Assembly (NCBI GenBank): GCA_964187785.1
Contig: OZ076409.1
Location: 73,844,001-73,908,000 of the forward strand
Direction: 5' to 3'
Length of the DNA: 64,000 nucleotides
Source of the DNA: Amphiscolops sp. MND2022
Taxonomy: Eukaryota
The translations under genes and the position numbers were made by a program. The notes under the pieces were generated by a model, which was not told the origin of the DNA, did not search any database, and saw only the letters and a program-made list of their open reading frames with translations. Numbering within the stretch: position 1 is the stretch's first letter; every line of letters starts with the position of its first letter. Below are positions 10,901 to 20,399 of the stretch, one piece after another.

Positions 10901-13900
10901 TTTTCAAACGTGGATTGCAGACTATAACAATTGGTAAGTACAGACCGCAGCAGCTGACATCAACTGAGTCTGTTCTCAAAATGGATAGTGTCGACAGCGA
11001 CGTTCATGTGAATCGTCTCGGAACTGCGTGCGCTAGTGAAACGCCCGACCTTTTTGTAACTTTTACTTGTAACCAGAAGGAACACCCTGGTGTCGCTGAG
11101 ATTGTTCAGGCAATCTACGAACTGTACGGCAGCGCCACCACTGAAGAGCTAAAGGAAGTGCTTCAGGCTTATATGGTTATAATTGTAAGATGTTGGACTA
11201 GGACAATTGAACTTTTAATCGATTACTTGAGGTTTTCAGACGAACGTATCTTAGGTGAGATTCTTAAAGTTTGGGGAAGGGCTGAATTTCAAAGTGCCGC
11301 TGCCAATCTCCAACATTATCACATTCTTTTTTGGTTGAAAAATGTAACCGAGGACATAATAAATAAAATCCAATGCGCTCATAAACACGTGTTTTACGAG
11401 TTCCAAAAACTGTTCAGTGTCAATTTCGGTACGGTCGACAGTGTTGAACACGCAGTTAAGTTGTTCGATGATTGTGTTCGTGTTCAAACACATAGCTGCG
11501 ACAAAGGACATTGCTTGAAAAAGGTTCGATTGGATGGAGAAAGAAAATGTCGTTTTCCCGCGTACCCACAGAGTCATGTTCCCTGGTACAAGGAATTCCA
11601 TCAGCCGCATACACACGAGGCCTTAGAAGTTCTGCAGGAAATTGATTTAGCTGAACCAATGCCTGGTTTTTTTAACACTTTGCAGGTCACTTCTACGCTG
11701 AAAGCAGGTAAGTATATGTATGCGGCTCAAAAAGGCGAGCATATGTCACCGCTCAATGTGGCTCTGTGGAGCATTTGTAAATCAAGTCTCAATGTTCTGA
11801 AAGTGTGTAAGTCTGTCGCATCGAGGTATTTGACATCATATGCCGCCGGTAAAGAAGAACACGCGGACGTTTCCATCAACCCGGATAATGCACACAATGT
11901 TTTAAATGTTCAGGTTAAAAAAATTGAGAACAAAAAGTTAGGTGGTGTTAGAAAAATTCTTGCTCGGGAAGCTAAGCACGATAAAACCCAAGGTATCATA
12001 GATTCAACAACGATTGCGACTACAGAATGTGTGTCATGGATGCTGCAACTTCCTACGGTAATAACAACAATGGATTTTGTTTCGGTCCCAACTGTGGCGC
12101 TTGAAAACCGCGGCGGCGTGCTTTTAAAAAGAAAAAACAACACTCAGTCCAGATCCAACATCCCCGGTGTAGCCAACGAAGGTCCTGCGCAAATCAGACA
12201 ACATCATTTGCAATTTCCCGCGCATAGACTGTTCACAACTGGTCAAAAAATCGTTTTAGAAAGCGTTAATAAAATTCCTTTTACCACCGATAAAGTAACT
12301 GTTTTCTCTTTACGTCCTCCAGAATTGCTGTTCGTGAATAAACTGAAGTTGTATTACAGGTGGTTCATTCGAGAAAAATTGCCCGGTAAAAAAGAAACAA
12401 TTTGTGTTAGGTTTTTGAAAAATGACGTCATAGATTCAACTTGGGTGGATGGTGAAAATTATGCCATTCGACTAAGACCTTGCGCTGTTGGTGAATTTTC
12501 AAACTTTGTTCAGGAATGTTTACTTCAAACTCCAGCGGATGATAAACTCAATGACGCTTGGCGTGTAATAACTCATGTTTTAAATATTGCTAATCACCAA
12601 AACCGTTCGTTTTTTGTTTCCGCTGACCCCAATTTGTCAAACACTCCAGCGGAAGTGGTGTTTTCCAAAGTTTATCCTCGTAGCCCCGCGAACTTTTTGA
12701 TTCACTTTTTGCTTTCAAATGCTTGTTTCGAAACAGAACTCGAACTTTTTGACGTGCCAACACTAAAAGACGCCTATATTAAAGGTAAAATAGTTCCTGA
12801 CAAACAGGTTTTTGACGTTGATGACTGCAATCAACTTTTGAAAAAGTACGTTTTGGAGCAGCTTAGATATTTACCAGGTGGTACCAGGTCTTTTGATGGT
12901 AATGTATTGGCTGCCAAATCTGCTTTTAAAGGTATGTTGATAGATAATGATGTTTACAACGAAGGCTTGCCAATAACAACGATGGACACTCTGACGGAAG
13001 CACTAGAAGACAAGGCCAAGAAAATGCTTCGTCAGTCACAAGTGAACATCATCAAGTCGTTGACTCAGAAAAATTTGCCGAATTTTCCGTCTTCTGTTGA
13101 TTTTGAAACGGTCACGAAAGAAACACCTTCTAATTGGTCCGCTGAATTAATAGCTAATGTTTTTCAATCCGCTGATTCGCTACATGAACAGTCGCTAATT
13201 TTGGAAACCCTAAAAAATTTAATTGTTGGCAGTTTGTTTGCAGGTCACAAGTTCAATAAACATCAGTTGATTTTAGGTCCCCCCGGCACCGGTAAGACTT
13301 ACGTGTTAACAATGGCTTTAGGTTTTGCTTTGTCAAAAGGTTTGTTTTGTCTTGTGACAAGTCTGGCATCCAGAAGATCGATGCACTTTGGCGGCGAACA
13401 CATACATAAACTGTTTTGCTTGCCCCCCTGTTCGAAAGGCTCTCCAATCAAAATGGCTGAGCAGGCATTGACAAAACTTGATCACAGAAACGACAAGAAG
13501 ATGCTCCTCCTGGCGTTGGAAGTGCTGTTCGTGGAAGAGGTTAGCTTGATAAGTGCCGAACAGTGGTCCGCAATGGACATGACACTTCAGGAGTTGAAGC
13601 AGTCAACTTTGCCTTTCGGTGGCGTTCTGGTAATTGCAAGTGGAGATCAGATGCAACTACCCTGCATCGAAGGCAGTGACATCTTCCTTAGTCCCGTTCT
13701 GTTGACAAACTTCGCCTTGTTTTTTCTCGATCATTTCGTTCGGATGACCGACCAAGCAGGTCAAACTGTGCTTCGTCACATGTGGAAGCGTCCGATCAAT
13801 CCTGCCGCTGTCGCTGAGATTCTGGCAATTTTGGATGCCAAATGTACGTTTAAGAACAGTTGGGCGGACCTCGACGATCCGTGTGTCATGCGTGTTTTCG

Positions 13901-15063
13901 GAAAGCGGAAAGCTGAGCAAAGAGAGTTCGATAATCACATTCAGCGAGTACGTGATTCCGGAAACCCGTTTAAGATCTTTGAAGCTACGGACGAAATCTG
14001 TCTTAGTAAAAGCTCTGTTTGGAATGTTACTGAGTCAGCTCAGGTAAGTAACCACTTGAATGATAAGGTAAACGAACCGAAAAGGTTAATAATTTACAAG
14101 AAAGCTATAGTGAGGGTCACTGTGAACTTGGAAAGCGAGCAGTTGTCCCAAGGTCAGGTAGGTGTAGTCCACGAGGTTCCCACCGGTGACTTGGTCACGG
14201 TGTACATCCCTGACACTAGTGGTGGAGACGTTGACATCACTCAGGCGATGCTGGACAACGAGGAGTACCTAAACTGGCGCTCAGTGACTCTCACGAGACA
14301 AACAGGGTTTGTGCAGCCGTTCAGGAAGAACTCGATTCGCAGAGTGCAGATTCCGTTGATGAACAACGTTGCGATGACCACGCACAAACTGATGGGCGAC
14401 ACGTTCGACAAGCTGGCTACGTCAATCTCGGTTACCGACAGCAGCTATAACTTGTGGATGACGTCTCAAGTTTTCGTCATCGTGAGTCGAGTGAAGCAAT
14501 TGAAAAATCTCACGTTCGTCGGAAACAAGTCAGATACGTTGAACGCGATAAGATCAATTTTTGAAGCCAAAGACTTGCGCGAAGAGCGTCTTTTCTCGTT
14601 GTTAGATAAAATCCGGAACAATTCAAGATCTGGTTCCCTTGTTCAGGCCATCGATGTTTCACAGATGTCATATGTTCCTTTTAATAAATCTATTCCGCGA
14701 TCGCCTACTGGTTTTGTGTACCTTTTGACAAGCCTCAACCCAACGTCGCCCGAAACTTTTTACGTAGGCCAAACAGAGCGCGCCTTGTTGACACGTTTGT
14801 CCGAGCATAATAGTGGGAACGGCTCAGAATTTACGAAAGTGCCGCACCGGTTGCCTTGGGCCGTCGCTGCATTTATATGCAATTTTGACTCGAAATTTTC
14901 TCGCCGTGATCTCGAACAAGAACTTCATCGAGAAATGTATGTACGCCGCAATCGTTTGAAAACTCTGAATGACATGATCGCCCTTTTCCAAGAGAAAGTT
15001 TCAAATTTGAACTGCGGCCTTCATTTTTGCGTGTGCGGTGAGTATCGGGCTACTTCAAGTTGA
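7942..15063 (+). CDS. Helitron-type RepHel transposase with Cys-rich N-terminus and C-terminal GIY-YIG endonuclease (2373 aa)
   Basis: Rep motif 1 DLFVTFTCN (~11047), HUH motif RAEFQSAAANLQHYHILFW (~11278-11334) and Y2 motif RYLTSYAAGK (~11824). PIF1-like SF1B motifs GPPGTGKT (~13276), LFVEEVS, PFGGVLVIASGDQMQLP, AMTTHKLMGDT and VFVIVSRV. C-terminal GFVYLL...FYVGQT...RLSEHNSG...E (~14710 onward). Confidence 0.93.
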   Translation: MPRGRGRGRSRSNQRRCTVHNTFLGSDGMCVRCHEQSQQHDEAGGSAMNDTNSPFPPDAPNDVETTGVERVDVEMCAKCARISTNNYQLDFHLVQKDSIHSTMFGKNVHETQEETIRMCQQCVNYDRNTSRHKDWPNAWPSVLYTLLFDTHRFSSNAEKLYKILPHEIKDSYKQHMYTVHPSIVRTVNESVLRDITKEKEDFWTLINSRTAKNLVNALTKHCFPNIRCPAGCFEFVEKSQGISFAHFLNWIYPLFTSFNANSRKFLKGAREDFMKRITLLEKFNVAPCIMVNEKGLQLATCCDHKNGVLLNYVHVPTNPVAGNISPKFVDRLAPMVSSVRTVRPLKIGSKSATFTMCRVDSGRISGVSSTVLHKFRNFECPLNYLRLNMEKLLINCRDDIRLIIRVCCQNQEITSNFATELLELDLPTSTALVEEHCKNSTVFNMNTLMRMKDFVETCTDDILSRDSFKKPSIYGHKMDGYGFEPPSLPKTFSQDRRLFTFAYCLLYNDSIWSKLCSCSGESDQLVELCKLLNCLRGNRSLQYNNTINSVMTNLRRILNELFPSQLEPLTSLCDSLEGCQVLHCPRGSVENVVIDCSRNDVVLVVANEAPARDRQIPFNLTSLNGKDFQLNFISADGKVSLRHGDPFFNFWTIVNDGSRAVKDPTLEYQYNRIWKFLVYVSNTDLNEETKLRYLKYMGGQGVFFCREHNLPLSTDYFKSGRKCCMPKNSTDHLICTRKSAWRCPKKGCVASVCKTHFREFCDTNDKVLVDNAQSDDAILDSSDDEPTFEEATQQPEDNLPGPSFVLDEQQRIDNPEANMDEFDCPQLIVDAGFQETDAFATDAGCEPVYLSEDSNFVPMHVLLNGECQVLKRLKYPAHIGKKFQRFFQNFVSTLPGRSIPLLQPEGCLFPSIFYKQLEDGSFAGALPFFLYDDKNANSKLDFDGLHEHMRLRLKDGTLLTSSNLAYIMYAFDCVLNLSLVKCHTNQFFKRGLQTITIGKYRPQQLTSTESVLKMDSVDSDVHVNRLGTACASETPDLFVTFTCNQKEHPGVAEIVQAIYELYGSATTEELKEVLQAYMVIIVRCWTRTIELLIDYLRFSDERILGEILKVWGRAEFQSAAANLQHYHILFWLKNVTEDIINKIQCAHKHVFYEFQKLFSVNFGTVDSVEHAVKLFDDCVRVQTHSCDKGHCLKKVRLDGERKCRFPAYPQSHVPWYKEFHQPHTHEALEVLQEIDLAEPMPGFFNTLQVTSTLKAGKYMYAAQKGEHMSPLNVALWSICKSSLNVLKVCKSVASRYLTSYAAGKEEHADVSINPDNAHNVLNVQVKKIENKKLGGVRKILAREAKHDKTQGIIDSTTIATTECVSWMLQLPTVITTMDFVSVPTVALENRGGVLLKRKNNTQSRSNIPGVANEGPAQIRQHHLQFPAHRLFTTGQKIVLESVNKIPFTTDKVTVFSLRPPELLFVNKLKLYYRWFIREKLPGKKETICVRFLKNDVIDSTWVDGENYAIRLRPCAVGEFSNFVQECLLQTPADDKLNDAWRVITHVLNIANHQNRSFFVSADPNLSNTPAEVVFSKVYPRSPANFLIHFLLSNACFETELELFDVPTLKDAYIKGKIVPDKQVFDVDDCNQLLKKYVLEQLRYLPGGTRSFDGNVLAAKSAFKGMLIDNDVYNEGLPITTMDTLTEALEDKAKKMLRQSQVNIIKSLTQKNLPNFPSSVDFETVTKETPSNWSAELIANVFQSADSLHEQSLILETLKNLIVGSLFAGHKFNKHQLILGPPGTGKTYVLTMALGFALSKGLFCLVTSLASRRSMHFGGEHIHKLFCLPPCSKGSPIKMAEQALTKLDHRNDKKMLLLALEVLFVEEVSLISAEQWSAMDMTLQELKQSTLPFGGVLVIASGDQMQLPCIEGSDIFLSPVLLTNFALFFLDHFVRMTDQAGQTVLRHMWKRPINPAAVAEILAILDAKCTFKNSWADLDDPCVMRVFGKRKAEQREFDNHIQRVRDSGNPFKIFEATDEICLSKSSVWNVTESAQVSNHLNDKVNEPKRLIIYKKAIVRVTVNLESEQLSQGQVGVVHEVPTGDLVTVYIPDTSGGDVDITQAMLDNEEYLNWRSVTLTRQTGFVQPFRKNSIRRVQIPLMNNVAMTTHKLMGDTFDKLATSISVTDSSYNLWMTSQVFVIVSRVKQLKNLTFVGNKSDTLNAIRSIFEAKDLREERLFSLLDKIRNNSRSGSLVQAIDVSQMSYVPFNKSIPRSPTGFVYLLTSLNPTSPETFYVGQTERALLTRLSEHNSGNGSEFTKVPHRLPWAVAAFICNFDSKFSRRDLEQELHREMYVRRNRLKTLNDMIALFQEKVSNLNCGLHFCVCGEYRATSS

Positions 15064-16681
15064 ACATCGTAAAAGCTAAAAAGTAGGGGAAGCACATAGT
15101 TCTACTCTGATAGTGAAAGTGTGTTGTTCTCCATATTAGGTTTTAAAACAACATGTAATTTCGTTTGAAAATGTAAAAGTAGGCACTGTTGAATATCGCA
15201 CAAAGTTCTACTAAACAGGGTGGACACCGTGCGATACTCTGTTTGTTCACTGTAGGTTAGTTTGCTGGAATCGACGGAGAGCGTGGTTCCAGGTAGGTTT
15301 ATATTAGGTTAGTTAGCTGGAATCGACGATGAGCGTGGTTCCAGGTAGGTTTAAATTAGGTTAGTTTGCTGGAATCGACGATAAGCGTGGTTCCAGTTTT
15401 CTTTATATAAGGTTAGTTTGTTGAGTATCGCACAAAGTTCGACTGCAGAGGGTGGACACCGTGCGATATTCAACAGTTGAATTTGAATGGTGGAATCGAC
15501 GATAAGCGTGGTTCCTGGTTTGATAGTTTTTAAAAGTAACAGGGTAGGATTAAAGAAGAAAATGACAAAGAACGATGTGACAGACCCATGATGACGATCC
15601 AGAAGCAAGACTTACAGTGTATGAGCTTGTGTACACCTTCCAAGCTTATACACAACTTTTTAAAAAAACCAACATCGAAACATATAACCAGTGTAGCAGC
15701 ACGTGTAGACCTTTTGAGTCTTCCACGCTGACACACTCTACGTAAATAAAGATCGTCAAATCCCAAAAACTGAAATATCATACCAAAACCGGACTATCCC
15801 AAAACCGACTTTTCCACTACGACTTTTTGACTAAAACTTAAAGACTGAAACTTAATTGACTGAATTTAATTCTTTTCCTACTCCTACAATTGGTTTTCCC
15901 TGAGTTTAGCTAGAAGGTTGAGTTGAGAGAAGATGAGATAGACCTCAGAGTAGCAGCAACCGCGGTAATTTCCGAATTACAATATTTTTAATAGTTTGGA
16001 CAGGAAAACTTAGATAGAGTAATAGTTTTTCTGGAACCATATATATGGCTATAAACATCTTTTTCAGTCCAGGCGATGTCCTGGCCGGCGAAGCCTTGTG
16101 CCAGGACGGAGCCCTATTAGAGGTTGATCATCAGAAACGATTGTTTTCATTATTTGATGTATCCAGAGATAAAAAAATTTTAGGTATAAGAATTTTCTAT
16201 CTTTTTTAAGATTTCGAATACAAAAAATATCCTCCAATTTGTTTAAACGTCCAAAAATTATTGAAAAACTAATAATTTTTTGTTTAATAATGTCCTTGAG
16301 AGATTGAAGTTTTGTCATAAATGTCTTAAACTGACCACCGTTTTTTACCCGCGGAGCATTTGTTAGATTTCATGTTAGATAGATGGTGACTTAAGAGGAA
16401 GCTTTCAATAATATTTCTTGCACCACAGTTCTATTCAGTAACAAGATTGAGAGATTTCAGAGATATTTATTCATTTAGCAACCCAATTTTTCAACATTCT
16501 CAACATAAGACGCTATCAATGCCTAAATGTAGTCTTTACAAAAATCTTAAGTATTTCTGTAACAAATTTGCATCTTAATCAGTCCCGGCGATGTCCTATG
16601 AAACGCCTTTCTTCAACAGCAGCTACAATTGGGGTTTTAGATTTGTAGTTATTTTTCAGACAAATTGTTCATCCATCAAAA

Positions 16682-17650
16682 ATGCCTGGATATCTTAAAA
16701 CATCACTGTCTCTGCAGCAAGCCCGCGACATTGTCAGAAACAGGTTTACCGACAGCGATACAACCGTGCTGTCCAATGCAACACCCCCTCGTTTCTATAG
16801 TATCAGACTAGTTCTCATTCATATTGCTGCTTCCAGCGGTAAAAAATTATCCTTCGTGAAGACGTCACGAAACGACGCAAGAAAATCGAAGTTCTTAGAG
16901 ATTGAAAAGTACCATAGGTTCTTCTTGTTCGGGTCCCACGCAACTGAAGAAGTATACGCAATGTTCACGGACACAGCCGCAGACACACACAATTTGCTGC
17001 GCTACAATTCAAGTCTTCACCCCGGCGCCACAGTGGACATCCTGAACGCTCAAGTAGAAGGGTTGCTTAAAGCAACCAACACGACTCTCATTTCAACTAT
17101 TGAACCCCTAGTTCCCCTGGAAAATAATGAAATTCGAAACTTGGCGCTTCCACATTCGCTGGAAATGGCGTCCTTCCGATACTTTGAATTTACCACTACT
17201 ACATTAACCATAAGATCAGCCACCGCGACTGAAAATGTGTGTCCCTCATATCTATGTGACGCACAGACAGTGCTTCAGACATGCGGCTGTTCATCTGTAG
17301 CTACTAAAAAAACATGGGCGTTGACTTTAGTTGTACAATGTCAAGAGCTGGAGCCATTGGAGGATGTGGACAATGTCACCGTTACTTCTAATGCTGCCAC
17401 TGACATTTTTGTCACCGCGCAATCAAGAGAATTGTCCCCGAGCTCGACAAATTTCGATCCGTTCGCACTGGATACCGCCATTGTGGATATGTGCTTGGGA
17501 ATAAATGGTAATGGTGGTTTCCTCATCAAAGGCTGGTTCAAGCCAAGTGTATCGGAGGAAGGTGCCACGAAAGACGTGAAGCGGATTCATATTTGTGCGT
17601 TGAAAAATGTTAACGAGCTACCCGAAGATATAAGGGCACTGAAGTATTGA
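16682..17650 (+). CDS. Accessory protein, putative OB-fold plus Zn-ribbon ssDNA-binding (RPA-like) protein, 322 aa
   Basis: Homologous to 30963-32036 (MPG.LK..LS, KYHRF, AMF, PG..V.IL, EPLVP, FRYF.F, VCP..LCD.QT...C.C, GF...GWFKP, H.C.LK). The OB/Zn assignment is inferred from the beta-rich pattern and Cys cluster. Confidence 0.7.
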   Translation: MPGYLKTSLSLQQARDIVRNRFTDSDTTVLSNATPPRFYSIRLVLIHIAASSGKKLSFVKTSRNDARKSKFLEIEKYHRFFLFGSHATEEVYAMFTDTAADTHNLLRYNSSLHPGATVDILNAQVEGLLKATNTTLISTIEPLVPLENNEIRNLALPHSLEMASFRYFEFTTTTLTIRSATATENVCPSYLCDAQTVLQTCGCSSVATKKTWALTLVVQCQELEPLEDVDNVTVTSNAATDIFVTAQSRELSPSSTNFDPFALDTAIVDMCLGINGNGGFLIKGWFKPSVSEEGATKDVKRIHICALKNVNELPEDIRALKY

Positions 17651-18676
17651 AAGCCTCGTGGCCATAGAAGTGACTGGGCCCATTTGTAGTAAAATGAGAG
17701 ATCGACGATAAGCGTGGTCTCTCTTGTTGAAAACTAGTCTCTGATAGAAATGAAAGCAATGATTACAACAAATTTGAGTATGTAATTTAACGTTTCCTTG
17801 GTTTATTCGTGTGCTATTGAATACACGGGATGTCATTTTCGTTCCTGATCAGCAATTATTCATTGCGTTTTTAGTTGCGCTTGTTTATTTTATTATACAA
17901 TTAGTCACCTAATCGGAAAAATGTTATTTCATTATGAATGTTTTTTTGCATCAGTAATTGAGTTTTCCATATACAATCATACTTAATTAGCTCAATATTA
18001 TCGCTTTTGAAAATACTGATATTCAAAATGAACTCCATCGTTTTGGAATTGTTCGGTTTAATTTTTTTGCTAAACTCCAATTAATTCCGAAGAAGGAAGT
18101 GGACAATTTGTTGGGAATCAATTGCTTCTCATCCAACTATTCTCTAACGGTATTTTGTCACAAAAACAATTGCGAAAAAAAACAATAAAGCGCTGTTCTT
18201 AAAATTAAAATCAAAAAGGTGAAATTGACCTAAAATTTGTTGCTCTTTTGGTGGAATCGACGATGAGCGTGGTTCCCGCCTTGTGAAGTACCGGGTAAAG
18301 GTTTTACGGGAAAGCACATTGTTCTACTCGGAAAGTGAACGTGTGTTGTTCTCCACATTAGGTTTTAAAACAACATGTAATTTTGTGTAAACTTGTAAAA
18401 GTAGGCACTGTAGAATATCCACAAAGTTCTACTACACAGGGTGGACACCGTGCGATGTTCTATGTAATTGCGAGGTATGTTGCTCTTTTGGTGGAATCGA
18501 CGATGAGCGTGGTTCCCGCCTCGTAAAATATCATGAAAATGAAATGAACAAACCTGTAAATTCGAGGTATGTTGCCCATATGAGCCATCTGCCTCATCCA
18601 GTGCATCACCGAGTGTTGTCCATGTGAGCCATCCGCATCGTTGCACTGAAATTTGAAACAACCTTCTGGAGAAGAA

Positions 18677-18875
18677 CAGCACATGTGGATGATGACAACA
18701 GCAGTGGTGGATGTGCAGCACAGCAGATGTGGATGATGACAACAACAGTGGTGGATGTGCCGTACAGCAGATGTGGATGATGACAACAACAGTGGTGGAT
18801 GTGCAGTACAGCAGATGTGGATGACGACGACAACAGTGGTGGGTCTGCAGTGCAGCAGATGTGGACGAGGACGAC
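18677..18875 (+). repeat. 44-bp tandem repeat, ~4.5 copies
   Basis: cagcagatgtggatgatgacaacaacagtggtggatgtgcagta-type unit at ~18677, 18721, 18765, 18809 and 18853. Confidence 0.9.
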
Positions 18876-20399
18876 GGTGTTAGAAGGTGAAGTTCTCTTT
18901 TTCCAAACTGAAACTTTAGGGGAAAAGTTTGATTGACTTTATTTAAACACCTAACTTTTCCTGTTTTTGAAATCAAGTATTTTCATGTAACGACAACCCT
19001 TCCGCATTCTCTAACATCATTAACCACTAATTAACCTCCAACCAACACCGACTGAAGACGACGATCATCCAATCACGTAAGTAACTTTTTCTCTTTTTAA
19101 CACTTTCCCGCCTTCTTGACTCTCTCCGTTCAACCGTCCACGTCTAGGTGCCCAAATCCATCGATTTACCTTTACTTTGAGGGCGGGGTAGGGCCCCCGA
19201 CCGGCTCCTCAGGCTTTAGACTGACAACTTAAGGCGCTTTTCAGTTGTAGAGACGATCTCGAAAATGGCCCATACGATTTGGCTCAAATTTTGCATACGG
19301 CTTCCTCTAGCGATTCTAAGAACTAATCCCTACTGGCGTTTTGCCCGGAAAAATCGAAAAGTTGGTCAAAATCACTATTTTAGGTGCCAAAAATGGCGTT
19401 TTTTTGAAAAAAATTTTTTTAAGAGCCAATATCTCGTTCCACAGGCCCCGGATCAAAAAGTGTACAATTGTTTGCACGTTAGGCACTTCATGAACTGTCC
19501 GTAGACAAATTTTCGTCCAGATCGGATAAAAATTGACTGAGTAATAGCCGGAATTCTGACGCATTTTGTCGACATTTTTCGAAAACCTAGTCTATCTCTG
19601 CCGTTTTTTGCCCAGATTTTTTTCCAGGACCTCTCCTAAAGGCCTCCCCTGGCCGGTTTACCTCCCAGAAAAACCATTTGGCCCTTTTGCCGCAGTTTCA
19701 GCGTTCCAGGATTCCTTGAGTAAAGTAAAATGACTTAGAATTTTTTCGAAAAATTTTCAATAAAAATATTTTTTTTTCTTCAGGCCTCCCAAAGTCAAGA
19801 AACGTCCACACAACTAGGATTGCAAGTGAATGCATGTGGAAAGTGCTTGAATAGACGAGAAAAATGAGCTATTATAAAACTTTCTAGCTTAACCTGACGT
19901 TGACTTATGACAATTTTAGTGTGAGCCTGCTATGTGAGAAAAAATTTCAAAAATTGAAAATCGAAGCTAAGTCTCATCCAAAACTCATCGGAATGTTTTA
20001 AATTCATGGTGTTTCTAACTAATTTTTTTTTCCAGGTGTCGGAGTTGACTTTTACTGCATACAGGTAGTATTTGGTAACAGGTTACGTCTGGTAAGTTTG
20101 TGGGTTGAGTAGTAAATGGTGATCATCGATCGACGGAAAGCGTGGTCGGTGATTAGGTGTTCTGCACAAAAGTAGTGGTAAAACAGGTAATCCTCGGTAA
20201 ATATGCCGGCAAAGGTGAAAATGAAGTGCAACCGAGTTTCCAGTTATACGCAATCTTTGTTATGTGTCAAAAAATGGTGACTTTTTCTGATGATGTCTAA
20301 CAGGATCAGCGTTTTTCCAGATTTGATTTGAATTGCTTTGATCTGCTTTGCCAACATTAACTTGTTTTGCTTGGCTATCAAAGAGGCTAAAAGTCCCCA

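Larger units (their letters stand above)
3893..19147 (+). mobile_element. Autonomous Helitron/Helentron-like element 1 (15,255 bp): SGNH gene, RepHel-GIY-YIG, OB/Zn gene
   Basis: Bounded by CTAG-GTG junctions at 3889 and 19144. The left ~770 bp is homologous to family A and the right ~180 bp to the end of element 2. Contains an intact RepHel ORF. Confidence 0.88.

Noticed and set aside
7942..15063. Interpretation as a Penelope-like retroelement or a virus because of the GIY-YIG domain
   Set aside because: No reverse transcriptase, polymerase or recognisable capsid motifs; HUH-Y2 plus a PIF1-like helicase indicates a Helitron-type element.
18365..18976. 203-aa His/Cys-rich minus-strand ORF
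   Set aside because: Produced by the 44-bp tandem repeat; no counterpart in element 2.
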